A program made the position numbers and the translations under genes. The notes below the pieces were generated by a model that had not been told where the DNA came from, did no database searches, and was given only the letters and a program-made list of their open reading frames with translations. From contig CAVUCU010000001.1 in assembly GCA_963740085.1 (NCBI GenBank), forward strand, positions 1,344,001 to 1,408,000: a DNA stretch of 64,000 nucleotides, read 5' to 3'. Below are positions 27,792-37,719 of the stretch, one piece after another. Position 1 is the stretch's first letter. Every line of letters starts with the position of its first letter. This DNA is from Nitrospirota bacterium. GTDB lineage: Bacteria; Nitrospirota; UBA9217.

Positions 27792-28661
27792 ATGAGCAAA
27801 AGGCGGTTTCCCGTGAAAATGCTGTTTTGCTTTGCTTTCGGGCTTATGCTTATTCTTGCTGTCACCCCGGTTATGATTGTTGGTGAGGATGCAGGATCGT
27901 ATGCAGCACCTGCAGTCGCAAATCATGCCGCAACAGAGAAGGACAGCTTGAGCGGCGGTTCCTACATCGAGGCCGAGATGGGCATGGAATTCGTGCTCGT
28001 CAAGGGCGGCTGCTACCAGATGGGCGACACGTTCGGGGACGGCTATGAGAATGAAAAGCCCGTGCATGAAGTGTGTCTTGGTGATTATTACATCGGCAAA
28101 TTTGAGGTGACCCAGGGCCAATGGAAAACCGTGCAGGGTAATAACCCATCGTATTTCAGAAATTGCGGCGACACCTGTCCTGTTGAGAATCTAAGCTGGG
28201 ACAACGCTCAGGCGTTCATCCGCATCCTGAACCAGCGGACAGGCAAGACCTATCGGCTTCCCACCGAGGCGGAGTGGGAATATGCAGCCCGGAGCGGCGG
28301 CAAGAGGGAAAAGTGGTCGGGTACGAGCAGCGAAGCAGAGCTTGGGGAGTATGCCTGGTACAGTGGCAACTCCGGCAACCAGACCCATCCTGTCGGCCGG
28401 AAGAAGCCGAACGGGATTGGGATCTATGACATGAGCGGGAATGTGTGGGAATGGGTGCAGGATATATACAGTGGTACTGCATATTCTTCTCCTGTCAGAA
28501 ACAACCCTGTATATGCGGGCAGCGGCCCCGGCCATGTGTTTCGTGGCGGCAGTTGGCTCTACCATCCGAGAGGCGTTCGGGCGGCCTTTCGCAACCGCCG
28601 CGCCCCGTTCAACATAATCAGGCACCACAATGTCGGCCTTCGCCTCGCCAGGACTCCGTAA
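27792..28661 (+). CDS. Formylglycine-generating enzyme (SUMF1/FGE-sulfatase) domain exported protein
   Basis: EVTQ, RLPTEAEWEYAAR, PNG.GIYDMSGNVWEW, RGGSW and GLRL motifs. Confidence 0.88.
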   Translation: MSKRRFPVKMLFCFAFGLMLILAVTPVMIVGEDAGSYAAPAVANHAATEKDSLSGGSYIEAEMGMEFVLVKGGCYQMGDTFGDGYENEKPVHEVCLGDYYIGKFEVTQGQWKTVQGNNPSYFRNCGDTCPVENLSWDNAQAFIRILNQRTGKTYRLPTEAEWEYAARSGGKREKWSGTSSEAELGEYAWYSGNSGNQTHPVGRKKPNGIGIYDMSGNVWEWVQDIYSGTAYSSPVRNNPVYAGSGPGHVFRGGSWLYHPRGVRAAFRNRRAPFNIIRHHNVGLRLARTP

Positions 28662-28763
28662 CGGTATGGTTTTTTGCGTTTTTCAGGACTCTGCAAAAAC
28701 GATTGCCCTTTTAAGGATAATGTCTATATGAGACTGTTTAAAACAGAGTGAGGGCCGTTTTCC

Positions 28764-29873
28764 GTGAAAACCGTTAAGGTCAGGAAAGAACATCTCAAGG
28801 TGGTCTTCGCTATACTCGAAGAAAGGTTCCGCATTATCGGACCGAAGATAGCGAAAAACACGGTTATCCTGTCAGAGATATCTGTACGCGACATCCCGGC
28901 CGGATACCGGGACCACCAGGGCCCTGCGAAATACCGGCTCGATCAGCAGAGATCCGATGGTGTCTTCACCTTCTCTCCCGGCCCTGATTCGTTCAAGAAA
29001 TTTCTGCATCCCTCTTCTGAAAAACTCTTTTCCTTCCGGAAGACCGCGAAGGGCCTTGTCGTTATAAAAGAAGTGAAGGAAGAAAAAACGATGGCTTTTG
29101 TAGGCGTGCGGGCTTGTGATCTCGCGGCCCTTGCACTTCTCGACAAGGCCTTCCTCGAAGGCCCTGTTCCGGAGCGGGGATACGAGCACAGAAGAAGGGG
29201 CATCTTCATTGTCGCCGTGAACTGTCTTGAGCCAAACGATACCTGTTTTTGCGATTCCCTCGGGACCGGCCCCGGGATAACGGTCGGGTTTGATCTTGGG
29301 ATCACCGAAACCGCTGATTTTTTCCTGATCGAAGCCGGCAGCGCCGAAGGCGAAGAGGTACTCGAAAAACTGCCCTACGAGGAAGCCTTGGATGCCGATC
29401 TCGATGAAAAAAAGACCGTCATCGCCCGGTGTAGGGAGATGATGAAAAGATCGATGAAGACCGGCGACCTCCCCGGCATCATCTACAGAAATCTTGAGCA
29501 CCCGCGGTGGGCCGAAATCGCGGCCAAGGACCTCGAATGCGGCAACTGCACAATGGTCTGTCCCACCTGCTTCTGCAACTCGAGCTTCGACACCGTCCCG
29601 GCATCGGGCATCACCGGCAGCGTCGGGGAATTTTCCGGCCAGAGGAAGAGGACGTGGGACTCCTGTTTCTCGAAGAATTTTGCCAGGGTCCACGGCGGAA
29701 ATTTCAGGCCCACCCGGAGGGCGAGATACCGGCACTGGATGACCCACAAGCTCGCCTACTGGATCGACCAGTTCGGAAGGCCGGGGTGCGTCGGCTGCGG
29801 CAGGTGCATCACCTGGTGTCCGGTCGGCATCGATATCACTGAAGAACTGGAGGAGCTGAGACGTGTACGATAG
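28764..29873 (+). CDS. Group 3b NiFe hydrogenase beta subunit (4Fe-4S, AsrA/HydB-like)
   Basis: GVRACD, C....TCFC, CGNCTMVCPTCFC, RTWDSC and CVGCGRCITWCPVGID. Confidence 0.9.
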   Translation: MKTVKVRKEHLKVVFAILEERFRIIGPKIAKNTVILSEISVRDIPAGYRDHQGPAKYRLDQQRSDGVFTFSPGPDSFKKFLHPSSEKLFSFRKTAKGLVVIKEVKEEKTMAFVGVRACDLAALALLDKAFLEGPVPERGYEHRRRGIFIVAVNCLEPNDTCFCDSLGTGPGITVGFDLGITETADFFLIEAGSAEGEEVLEKLPYEEALDADLDEKKTVIARCREMMKRSMKTGDLPGIIYRNLEHPRWAEIAAKDLECGNCTMVCPTCFCNSSFDTVPASGITGSVGEFSGQRKRTWDSCFSKNFARVHGGNFRPTRRARYRHWMTHKLAYWIDQFGRPGCVGCGRCITWCPVGIDITEELEELRRVR

Positions 29874-30696
29874 GTCAGTCCCCTTCGCGGCCACGATAAA
29901 GTGGATAAGGAAAGAGACCCGTGACACCTGGACCTATGCCCTCAGGATCAATGACCGGGAGATTGAAAGGGCCTACCGGTTTCTGCCGGGGCAGTTCAAC
30001 ATGCTCTCTGTGCCCGGCGTCGGGGAATCGGCAATATCGATCAGTTCCGGCGCTTCTGATCGCGACGTGCTTCATACCTTGAGGGTGGCCGGGGACGTGA
30101 CAACGGCGATATCCAAAATGAGCGAAGGAGATGTCGTCGGAATGCGCGGCCCCTTCGGAAAGGGCTGGCCCATGGAGGAAACGGGAAAGAGAAACGTCAT
30201 GATCATAGCGGGGGGAGTCGGCATCGCGCCGTTGAGGTCCGTCATGCGGTCTCTCTCTGCCGAGAGAAGGTCCTGCCCTGGAAAGGACATCATCCTCTAC
30301 GGTGCAAAGACACCCAAGGACATCGTCTATCGGGATGAATTCCCGAGGTACCGGGACATCTTCCAGGTCTTGCTCACCGTCGACAAAGCGGACCCCGAGG
30401 AATACTGGAGGGGAAATGTGGGACTCGTGACGCATCTGCTTGCAAAGGCCTCATTTGATCCCCTCAGAACGATCGTCTTTCTCTGCGGGCCGGAGGTGAT
30501 GATGCAGTCCACGATCAAAGAACTGCTTCTTCATGGTGTTCCCGGCGAGAAGATTTTTCTCTCAATGGAGAGAAACATGAACTGCGGGATGGGCCACTGC
30601 GGGCACTGTTTCTTCGGACCGAAATTTGTCTGCAAGGACGGGGCTGTCTTCAAGTATACCGACGTGGAGGATTTCCTGAGCATACGGGAGGCCTGA
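29863..30696 (+). CDS. Group 3b NiFe hydrogenase gamma subunit (FAD/NAD(P)-binding, 2Fe-2S)
   Basis: PGQFNML, RGPFG, AGGVGIAP, CGPE.MM and ERNMNCGMGHCGHC...VC. Confidence 0.9.
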   Translation: MYDRSVPFAATIKWIRKETRDTWTYALRINDREIERAYRFLPGQFNMLSVPGVGESAISISSGASDRDVLHTLRVAGDVTTAISKMSEGDVVGMRGPFGKGWPMEETGKRNVMIIAGGVGIAPLRSVMRSLSAERRSCPGKDIILYGAKTPKDIVYRDEFPRYRDIFQVLLTVDKADPEEYWRGNVGLVTHLLAKASFDPLRTIVFLCGPEVMMQSTIKELLLHGVPGEKIFLSMERNMNCGMGHCGHCFFGPKFVCKDGAVFKYTDVEDFLSIREA

Positions 30697-30697
30697 C

Positions 30698-31462
30698 ATG
30701 AAAAGACCGAGGATAGGGGTCTTCAAATTCACCTCGTGCGATGGCTGTCAGCTCGCGCTTCTGAATCTTGAAGAAAAGCTCCTTGACCTGCTTCAGTTTT
30801 TTGATATTGCCTATTTCCGGGAAGCGCTCGATAAAGCGGCGCTGAAGGAATACGATATCGGAATAGTGGAGGGGTCCATCTCGACCGACAGGCAGAAGAA
30901 GGAAATCGCCGAGATCAGAGAACGATCACGGTGGCTCATGACCATCGGCGCCTGCGCCGCAGCCGGGGGCCTCCAGGCATTGAGAAACTGGGCGAATATC
31001 GAGGAATACAAGCGATATGTCTACCCGTCACCGGACCTCATCAGCGCCCTCCCGATGTCAACGCCTGTCTCGGACCATGTCTACATCGACTATGAGCTTT
31101 GGGGCTGTCCGATCGACAAGGAGGCCCTTTCTGAGACGCTCGTCTCCCTCATTATGGGAAGGCGGCCGGGCATCCCGGTGTACAGCCTCTGCATGGACTG
31201 CAAGATGAAAGGCATCCCCTGCGTACTCGTCTCCCGCGGGGAACCCTGTCTCGGCCCGGTTACCCGGGCCGGCTGCGGAGCACTCTGCCCGTCCTTCGAG
31301 AGGCCGTGTTACGGCTGCTTCGGCCCCCGGGAAGGCGCGAATATCGATTCTCTTCTCAGTCGGTTCGAAGCAAACGGACTCGACAGGAAACAGGCAGATC
31401 TCCTTCTGGATACGATGAATACCTATGCCTACAGGAGGGTGCGGCTTGAGAAAGCTGATTAA
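30698..31462 (+). CDS. Group 3b NiFe hydrogenase delta (small) subunit
   Basis: SCDGCQ, EGS, GACA, GCP, C..C, CLGPVT.AGC.ALCP and CYGCFGP. Confidence 0.92.
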   Translation: MKRPRIGVFKFTSCDGCQLALLNLEEKLLDLLQFFDIAYFREALDKAALKEYDIGIVEGSISTDRQKKEIAEIRERSRWLMTIGACAAAGGLQALRNWANIEEYKRYVYPSPDLISALPMSTPVSDHVYIDYELWGCPIDKEALSETLVSLIMGRRPGIPVYSLCMDCKMKGIPCVLVSRGEPCLGPVTRAGCGALCPSFERPCYGCFGPREGANIDSLLSRFEANGLDRKQADLLLDTMNTYAYRRVRLEKAD

Positions 31463-32747
31463 GACGGACTACCTCGCAAGGGTCGAGGGTGAAGGCGGGA
31501 TCGTGATCGAGATAACGGACGGAGCCGTATCAAAGGTCCATATGAGGATCTTCGAGGCTCCCCGGTTCTTCGAGGCTTTTCTGAGAGGAAGGACCTATCA
31601 GGACGTGATCGATTTCACCGCGAGGATCTGCGGCATCTGCCCGGTGGCATACCAGATGAGTTCGGTCCATGCTATCGAGAAGATCTTTGGGGTAAAGGTA
31701 TCGCCTCCCGTACGGGAGCTCAGGAGGCTCATGTACTGCGGGGAATGGATAGAGAGCCACGCCCTGCACGTCTATCTCCTCCAAGGCCCGGATTTTTATG
31801 ATCTGGAGAGCGCCTGGGCGGGAAAGGACTACCTTGAGATCGCGAAGCGGGGCCTTGCATTCAAGAAGCTCGGGAACGAGATACTGACAATCCTCGGCGG
31901 GAGGCCGGTCCACCCGATCTCGGTGAGGCCCGGCGGGTTTTTCAAGGTACCTGATAGTAGGAGTCTCTCCTCCCTGCTGCCTGAACTCGAAAAGGCTTAT
32001 GCGGAATCCCTGCAGGAGATACGATGGGCGGCATCGCTCGACTTCGGGGATTCAGCTCTCGGGATGGAATGCATTTCTCTTGGCAACGCGGAGGAGTATC
32101 CGATGAATGAAGGGAGGATCGTTTCGACGATGGGGCTCGATGCATCGGTCGAGGAATTTCTCGGATTGATCCACGAACACCAGGTCGACTATTCAACGGC
32201 GCTCCATTCGGGGATCAAGAGGGAAGGCACCGTGAGTCCCTACCTTGTCGGCCCCCTATCGAGGCTCAATCTGAACCACGAGAGGCTTCCCGGCGCAATA
32301 CGAAGCACGATGCAGGAAGCCGGCATCGTTCCGCCGATCCGGAATATCCGGATGTCGATCATCGCACGGATGATCGAGATTTCCTACGCCTTCCATGAGG
32401 CGATGCGGATCATCAGGGCCTATGACGAGCCGGACAGGCCCTGCGAAGACTTTGAGCCTTCTGGTGGTGCAGCGACATGGGCTACGGAGGCGCCCCGGGG
32501 GATTCTGATCCACCGGTATGAGCTCGACGACAGAGGACATGTGAAGGGCGCGCTGATCATTTCACCAACGTCACAGAACCTGGCTCATATGGAGAAAATG
32601 GTCCGTGATTTTGCCGGGACGCATATCGGGAGCAGGCCAGATCACTTAAGGAAAGAGGCCGAAAATATCATTAGGAGCTATGACCCCTGCATCTCGTGCT
32701 CGGTACACATGATAACCATCGACAGGGGGAAGTCAAGTCAGGATTGA
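31446..32747 (+). CDS. Group 3b NiFe hydrogenase alpha (large) subunit
   Basis: ARVEGEG, L1 motif RICGICP, EAPRG, L2 motif DPCISCSVH plus a short cleavable tail; TTG start after AGGAGG. Confidence 0.95.
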   Translation: MRKLIKTDYLARVEGEGGIVIEITDGAVSKVHMRIFEAPRFFEAFLRGRTYQDVIDFTARICGICPVAYQMSSVHAIEKIFGVKVSPPVRELRRLMYCGEWIESHALHVYLLQGPDFYDLESAWAGKDYLEIAKRGLAFKKLGNEILTILGGRPVHPISVRPGGFFKVPDSRSLSSLLPELEKAYAESLQEIRWAASLDFGDSALGMECISLGNAEEYPMNEGRIVSTMGLDASVEEFLGLIHEHQVDYSTALHSGIKREGTVSPYLVGPLSRLNLNHERLPGAIRSTMQEAGIVPPIRNIRMSIIARMIEISYAFHEAMRIIRAYDEPDRPCEDFEPSGGAATWATEAPRGILIHRYELDDRGHVKGALIISPTSQNLAHMEKMVRDFAGTHIGSRPDHLRKEAENIIRSYDPCISCSVHMITIDRGKSSQD

Positions 32748-32790
32748 AATCAATACTATTTTACTAAACGTTATTTTGGGAGGGTCCAAG

Positions 32791-33048
32791 ATGAAGCTCA
32801 ACGTAAAGGCTTTTGCGCTGACGTGCGGACTGATATTTGGGTTCGGCCTTTTCTTCCTAACCTGGTGGATAATTGTATTTGATGGTGCAACAGGAGAAGC
32901 AACCTTCATCGGGCGCGTTTACCGCGGCTATACGGTAAGCCCCGGCGGCAGCGTCATCGGTTTCTGCTGGGCTTTTCTTGATTGGCTGGCCGGCGGCGCA
33001 ATATTTGCGTGGCTTTATAATGTCATTGCCGGCCGCATGCCTAAATGA
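32791..33048 (+). CDS. Small membrane protein of the family usually annotated bacteriophage holin
   Basis: KL....A...G.....Y.GY.....GS.IG..W.F.D...G...AWLYN pattern; no phage genes nearby. Confidence 0.65.
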   Translation: MKLNVKAFALTCGLIFGFGLFFLTWWIIVFDGATGEATFIGRVYRGYTVSPGGSVIGFCWAFLDWLAGGAIFAWLYNVIAGRMPK

Positions 33049-33095
33049 AAGGGGCATAAAATACTCACTGCATTTTTTGATGCGCGGAGAAAAAT

Positions 33096-35699
33096 ATGAG
33101 CCCACGAACAGATGATTATGCCCGGCAATCGATTGAAGACACCCTCAAGGCGCTGCATGCGGACGCTGAACGCGGCCTGAGCGCAGCCGAGTCGGCTAAG
33201 CGCCTCGCGCAGTATGGCTACAACGAGATCAGGGAAAAGGAAGAGCCGCTCTGGCACCGCGTTTTCCGCCGATTCTGGGGGCCGATCCCGTGGATGATCG
33301 AGACGGCGGCCGTGCTCTCGGCAGTGGTCCGGAAGTGGGAGGACTTTATCATCATCGCCATCATGCTGCTCGTGAATGCCGGACTGGATTTCTTCCAGGA
33401 ACATCGCGCACTGAACGCGCTCCGGGCCTTGAAGCAGCGCATGACCGCCGAAATCATCGTAATGCGCGACGGCGAGTTCAAGACGATCCCCTCACGGGAG
33501 CTCGTACCCGGCGACCTCATCAAGCTGCGGATCGGCAACATCGTGCCTGCCGATGTGAAGTTGATCAAGGGCGACTACGTGCTCATCGACCAGTCATCGC
33601 TTACCGGCGAGTCCCTGCCGGTGAGCAAGGGGCCCAAGGATGTCGCCTATGCCAGCACCATTGTCAAGCAGGGAGAGATGCTGGCGGTGGTGGTGAATAC
33701 GGGTGCAGAAACGAATTTCCATACCGTCGTGGCATTGGTGGCGAAGGCCTCTCTGGAGGAGCGCAGCCACTTTCAGAAGATGGTAATCAAGATCGGGGAT
33801 TTTCTGATCATGATCACCGTTGTGCTGGTGGTTTTGATCATCATGGTTGCCCTCTTCCGCCACGAGCATTTCCTCGAGATCGCGCGTTTTGCCCTCGTTT
33901 TGACCGTGGCGTCCATTCCCGTGGCGATGCCGGCAGTGCTGTCGGTGACCATGGCAGTCGGTGCGATGAACCTGGCACGCCGCCAGGCCATCGTCTCGCG
34001 GCTGACGGCCATTGAGGAACTGGCAGGCGTGGACGTATTCTGCTCGGACAAGACCGGCACGCTCACGAAAAATGAGATGCAGGTGGCCGAGCCGGTCGTG
34101 CTGAAGGGACAGAGCGAGCGCGACCTGTTCCTGGTGGCGGCCCTTGCGTCCAGGTTTGAAAACCGCGACCCCATCGAACTGCCCGTTTTTCAATATATCG
34201 ACACGCACTTCCCGGATGTGGACAGGAAAACCTACAAACAGCTCGTCTTTACGCCTTTTGATCCCATTCGCAAGCGTACCGAAGCGGAGATCGAAAGAAA
34301 CGGGGAACGTTTTGTGGCTGTGAAAGGCGCGGCGCAGGTCCTGCTCGGGATGACCCAGCTTTCTGACGACGAGGTGCATTCCATTAATCAAACGGTGGAC
34401 GAACTGGCCGGCAAAGGGTATCGGACCCTGGCCGTGGGCCGCAAACAAGGCGATGCGCCTCTGGACCTGCTGGGCCTGATTCCGCTTTACGATCCTCCGC
34501 GCGACGATTCCAAACAGGTCATCAAAGATATGCAGGACCACGGCGTCGACGTGAAGATGGTCACGGGAGACAACATGGCCATCGCACGCGAGATCGGCGG
34601 CCTCCTGGGGCTTAAGCAGCGCACCATGCGCTCCGCGCAGCTCTCCGGCACCGCCGGCAGCGAACTGCTGGCGCTGGTCTCGGTTCTTTCAGCGTCCATC
34701 TACCAGCGGCTTAAACCGGAGGTAACGCACAGGGAGGCGGGCCGCTTCGCCGATGAGGTGATGAAGTCGGTGGAAGCCGTGTACGACACCCGCATGCTGG
34801 AGCGGGAGTTCATCCACACCCATGAGTCCGCAATCATCGAAATGATCGAATCCGTGGAAATCTTCGCCGAGGTCGTGCCGGAAGACAAGTACCGTATCGT
34901 GGATACGCTCCAGAAGGGCGGACACATCGTGGCCATGACCGGCGACGGCGTCAATGACGCCCCGGCGCTAAAAAAGGCCGACTGCGGCATTGCCGTGTCC
35001 AACGCCACGGACGCGGCACGGGCGGCGGCGGACATCATTCTTACCGCTCCGGGCCTCATGGTGATCAACGAGGCGGTAAAGCAGGCGCGCATTACCTTCG
35101 AGCGAATGAAAAGCTACTCCATCTTTCGCATTGCCGAGACCATCCGCATAATCCTGTTTATGACGCTCTCCATCGTGGTGTTCAACTTCTATCCCATCAC
35201 GGCTCTGATGATCATCCTGTTGGCCCTGCTGAACGACATCCCCATACTGGCCATCGCCTACGACAACACAAAGGTGGATGTGAAACCCGTGCGCTGGAAC
35301 ATGCCGGAGATGCTTACGGTCTCCAGCGTGCTCGGGGTGGCCGGAGTACTTGCCTCGTTTCTCCTGTTTTTCCTGCTCAAGGAATACGATTTTTCCGAAG
35401 ACATGATCAGGACCATGTTGTTCCTCAAGCTGATCGTAGCCGGCCACAGCACCCTCTATATCACGCGCACCGAGGGCTGGTTCTGGCAGCGGCCCTTCCC
35501 TGCGCCGCTGCTCTTCGGCGCGACCTTCGGTACCGAGATCATCGGGACCCTGATCGCCGTGTACGGATTCCTGGTCGCGCCCGTCGGATGGAAATACGCG
35601 CTCTTGATGTGGGCCTATGCACTGGTGTGGTTCGTGTTCAATGACGTGGTCAAGATGTTAGCCTACAGGTTGCTGCGGCGGAGGGAGGTACTTGTTTAG
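33096..35699 (+). CDS. Plasma-membrane proton-efflux P-type ATPase (P3A)
   Basis: FWGPIPWMIE, LTGESLP, IPVAMPAVLSVTMAVGA, CSDKTGTLT, PFDP..KRT, GDGVNDAPALKKA and LLND..ILAIAYD. Confidence 0.95.
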   Translation: MSPRTDDYARQSIEDTLKALHADAERGLSAAESAKRLAQYGYNEIREKEEPLWHRVFRRFWGPIPWMIETAAVLSAVVRKWEDFIIIAIMLLVNAGLDFFQEHRALNALRALKQRMTAEIIVMRDGEFKTIPSRELVPGDLIKLRIGNIVPADVKLIKGDYVLIDQSSLTGESLPVSKGPKDVAYASTIVKQGEMLAVVVNTGAETNFHTVVALVAKASLEERSHFQKMVIKIGDFLIMITVVLVVLIIMVALFRHEHFLEIARFALVLTVASIPVAMPAVLSVTMAVGAMNLARRQAIVSRLTAIEELAGVDVFCSDKTGTLTKNEMQVAEPVVLKGQSERDLFLVAALASRFENRDPIELPVFQYIDTHFPDVDRKTYKQLVFTPFDPIRKRTEAEIERNGERFVAVKGAAQVLLGMTQLSDDEVHSINQTVDELAGKGYRTLAVGRKQGDAPLDLLGLIPLYDPPRDDSKQVIKDMQDHGVDVKMVTGDNMAIAREIGGLLGLKQRTMRSAQLSGTAGSELLALVSVLSASIYQRLKPEVTHREAGRFADEVMKSVEAVYDTRMLEREFIHTHESAIIEMIESVEIFAEVVPEDKYRIVDTLQKGGHIVAMTGDGVNDAPALKKADCGIAVSNATDAARAAADIILTAPGLMVINEAVKQARITFERMKSYSIFRIAETIRIILFMTLSIVVFNFYPITALMIILLALLNDIPILAIAYDNTKVDVKPVRWNMPEMLTVSSVLGVAGVLASFLLFFLLKEYDFSEDMIRTMLFLKLIVAGHSTLYITRTEGWFWQRPFPAPLLFGATFGTEIIGTLIAVYGFLVAPVGWKYALLMWAYALVWFVFNDVVKMLAYRLLRRREVLV

Positions 35700-36298
35700 C
35701 CGTGAACTGCGCGTTCGCTCTATTTCGATGCCTTTTCTGTGGGTCACTTAATTGCGTGTATCGCTTTTTATTCTTCATGAACAATCTGTTTCCTGAATGT
35801 TATCTAAGTTGGCGCTTGTCCCAGGTGTGCATTGATTTTTTTTGGGCAGCTCATCACTCGGCCACGCAGCATGCCGGGAAGATGTGCAGTACCTCCACCC
35901 TGATCTGCAGGACTCTCTCGCGTCAGAGCTACCCGGCGCAGGGGAACGGCAGAACTCTTTGCCTTTCCAGAAACCCCTGCATCCCATGAACAGGTTCGCG
36001 CACAAGCATGCCAGAGTAGAAAAAACCGAAGTTGCAACAAAGCCAGACAGACACACCGTGCTCTTGCGATAACGCGGGTGCAGGCGGCCAATCTAAGGGA
36101 AGTGCTGCGATGCTCGAAAGGCTTGTTGTCAGTACCGGCAATCATGCCCTGCGCGGAGCTGTGAACTGGGGTGCAGAAAAAAACAGGATCGTGACACGTG
36201 CTGCATCAGAAACAGATAAAAGCGACCCACATAAAACAGGGAAGACCCTTTATATTATAGAGAAGAGAAAAAAGCATGTCGCGGCCATCGGTGACGCG

Positions 36299-36360
36299 AT
36301 GCGCATCTTGACGATCAACAGCAGATCATCCAACAGCACGTTGCCGCTGTACCGCATGTT
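36299..36360 (+). pseudogene. Possible remnant of an acetate kinase N-terminus
   Basis: MRILTINSRSSNSTLPLY resembles the AckA start M.IL.IN.GSSS.K..LY; nothing recognisable continues after it. Confidence 0.35.
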
Positions 36361-36444
36361 CCTGGACAACGACGAGCTCACTGTCACTCCGGGATGGGAG
36401 ACAGAGATCTTTCTTGTTCTCCGGTGACGCCCTTCCGACAGACG

Positions 36445-37719
36445 TCATCCTTTACCAAAAACGTCCCGCATTTTTCGCATGAGCCGGTTCGGTTCCATAA
36501 GATACTTGACGCTCGATCCCTGGACCAGGATAGAGAACACCACCACGATATAGGTCATGGCGATAATGGTGTCACGTTCGGGTCCGCGAGGCAGGGAGAG
36601 CGCGAGCGCCACGGAGATACCTCCCCGCAGGCCGCCCCAGGTCATGATGGTCAGCGCTTGAGCGCCGAATGTCTTCCTTGACGGCAACAGAAGCAACGGC
36701 ACGCCGATCGATAATAAACGCGCGGTCAGGGCCGTAACGATCATGAGAAGCCCGGCAAAGATGTATGCACCGGAAAGGGAGACCACAAGAACCTCGAGTC
36801 CGATCAGGACGAAGAGAAGGGAATTCAGGATCTGGTCCACCAGTTCCCAGAAGGTGTCGAGGTTATGCCGGGTTTGTTCGGACATGGCAAGCCGGCGTCC
36901 GTGATTACCAATGAGGAGCCCGGCCACGACCATGGTGATGGGACCGGAGGTGTGAAGCGCGTTGGCGAGGGCGTATCCGCCGGTCACGAGTGACAGGGTT
37001 ATGAGTATCTCCACATGGTAATTATCGATGCTCTTAAGAAGGAGAAAGGAGATCCAGCCGAGGATAAGCCCGAGAATGATCCCGCCGCCGAATTCCTGGA
37101 AAAAGAGCAGAGCGGTTGCTCCCGCGGAAGTACCGTGTCCATTTGTGACCTCCTGCATCAAAACAAGGAACAGCACCACGCCGACGCCGTCATTGAACAG
37201 CGATTCGCCGGAAATAATAACCTCGAGATCTTTTGGGACCCCGGACGACCTCAGGATGCCGAGCACGGCAATGGGATCAGTGGGAGAGATCAGGGCGCCG
37301 AAGAGCATGCAGTGAAGAACATCCAGGTTCAAGCCGAGCCACTGACTCGCTCCAAACGTTATGGTCCCGATCAATACCGTGGAAAGAACGGTGCCTATGG
37401 TCGAAAGAAGAGAAACCTCCCATTTTTGGCGAAGCAGTTCGGTGAGGTTGACGTGAAGCGCCCCCGCGAACAGCAGGAAGCCGAGCATGCCCACAAGCAC
37501 AGTCTCGTTGAAATCGATGCTCTGGATCAGTGACAGCCAATGCTCCTTGATGTCAAATCCCAGTCCTCCGAAATGCCCCAGGACCACGATGCCGACGGAA
37601 ACGACCATGGAAATAAGCATGGTCCCGATCGTTGTAGGCAGCTTTATGTAACGGTGGTTCAGATAGCCGAAAGCGGCCGACAGGGTCAGCAGTACGGCGA
37701 TGATGTGAAACAATTTCAC
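36445..37719 (-). CDS. CPA1 family Na+/H+ antiporter (NhaP-like)
   Basis: LFGALISPTDPIAV, GESLFNDG and WGGLRG motifs; GTG start with AGGAG RBS. Confidence 0.93.
   Translation of the reverse strand: MKLFHIIAVLLTLSAAFGYLNHRYIKLPTTIGTMLISMVVSVGIVVLGHFGGLGFDIKEHWLSLIQSIDFNETVLVGMLGFLLFAGALHVNLTELLRQKWEVSLLSTIGTVLSTVLIGTITFGASQWLGLNLDVLHCMLFGALISPTDPIAVLGILRSSGVPKDLEVIISGESLFNDGVGVVLFLVLMQEVTNGHGTSAGATALLFFQEFGGGIILGLILGWISFLLLKSIDNYHVEILITLSLVTGGYALANALHTSGPITMVVAGLLIGNHGRRLAMSEQTRHNLDTFWELVDQILNSLLFVLIGLEVLVVSLSGAYIFAGLLMIVTALTARLLSIGVPLLLLPSRKTFGAQALTIMTWGGLRGGISVALALSLPRGPERDTIIAMTYIVVVFSILVQGSSVKYLMEPNRLMRKMRDVFGKG

Noticed and set aside
28662-28677. Sigma54-like GG...TTGC upstream of the hydrogenase operon
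   Set aside because: GG to GC spacing is 11 nt rather than the required 10; the sequence is better explained as part of a TTTTTGC...GCAAAAA hairpin.
31446-32747. NiFeSe hydrogenase, considered because of the selenoprotein nearby
   Set aside because: The L2 motif is DPCISC with ordinary Cys codons and there is no in-frame TGA.
32791-33048. Prophage inferred from the holin-like gene
   Set aside because: No endolysin, structural, integrase or replication genes occur anywhere in the window.
35702-36427. Several 70-130 aa ORFs on both strands in the gap after the H+-ATPase
   Set aside because: They overlap each other, lack RBS and family motifs, and have atypical composition; only the short AckA-like stretch was kept, at low confidence.
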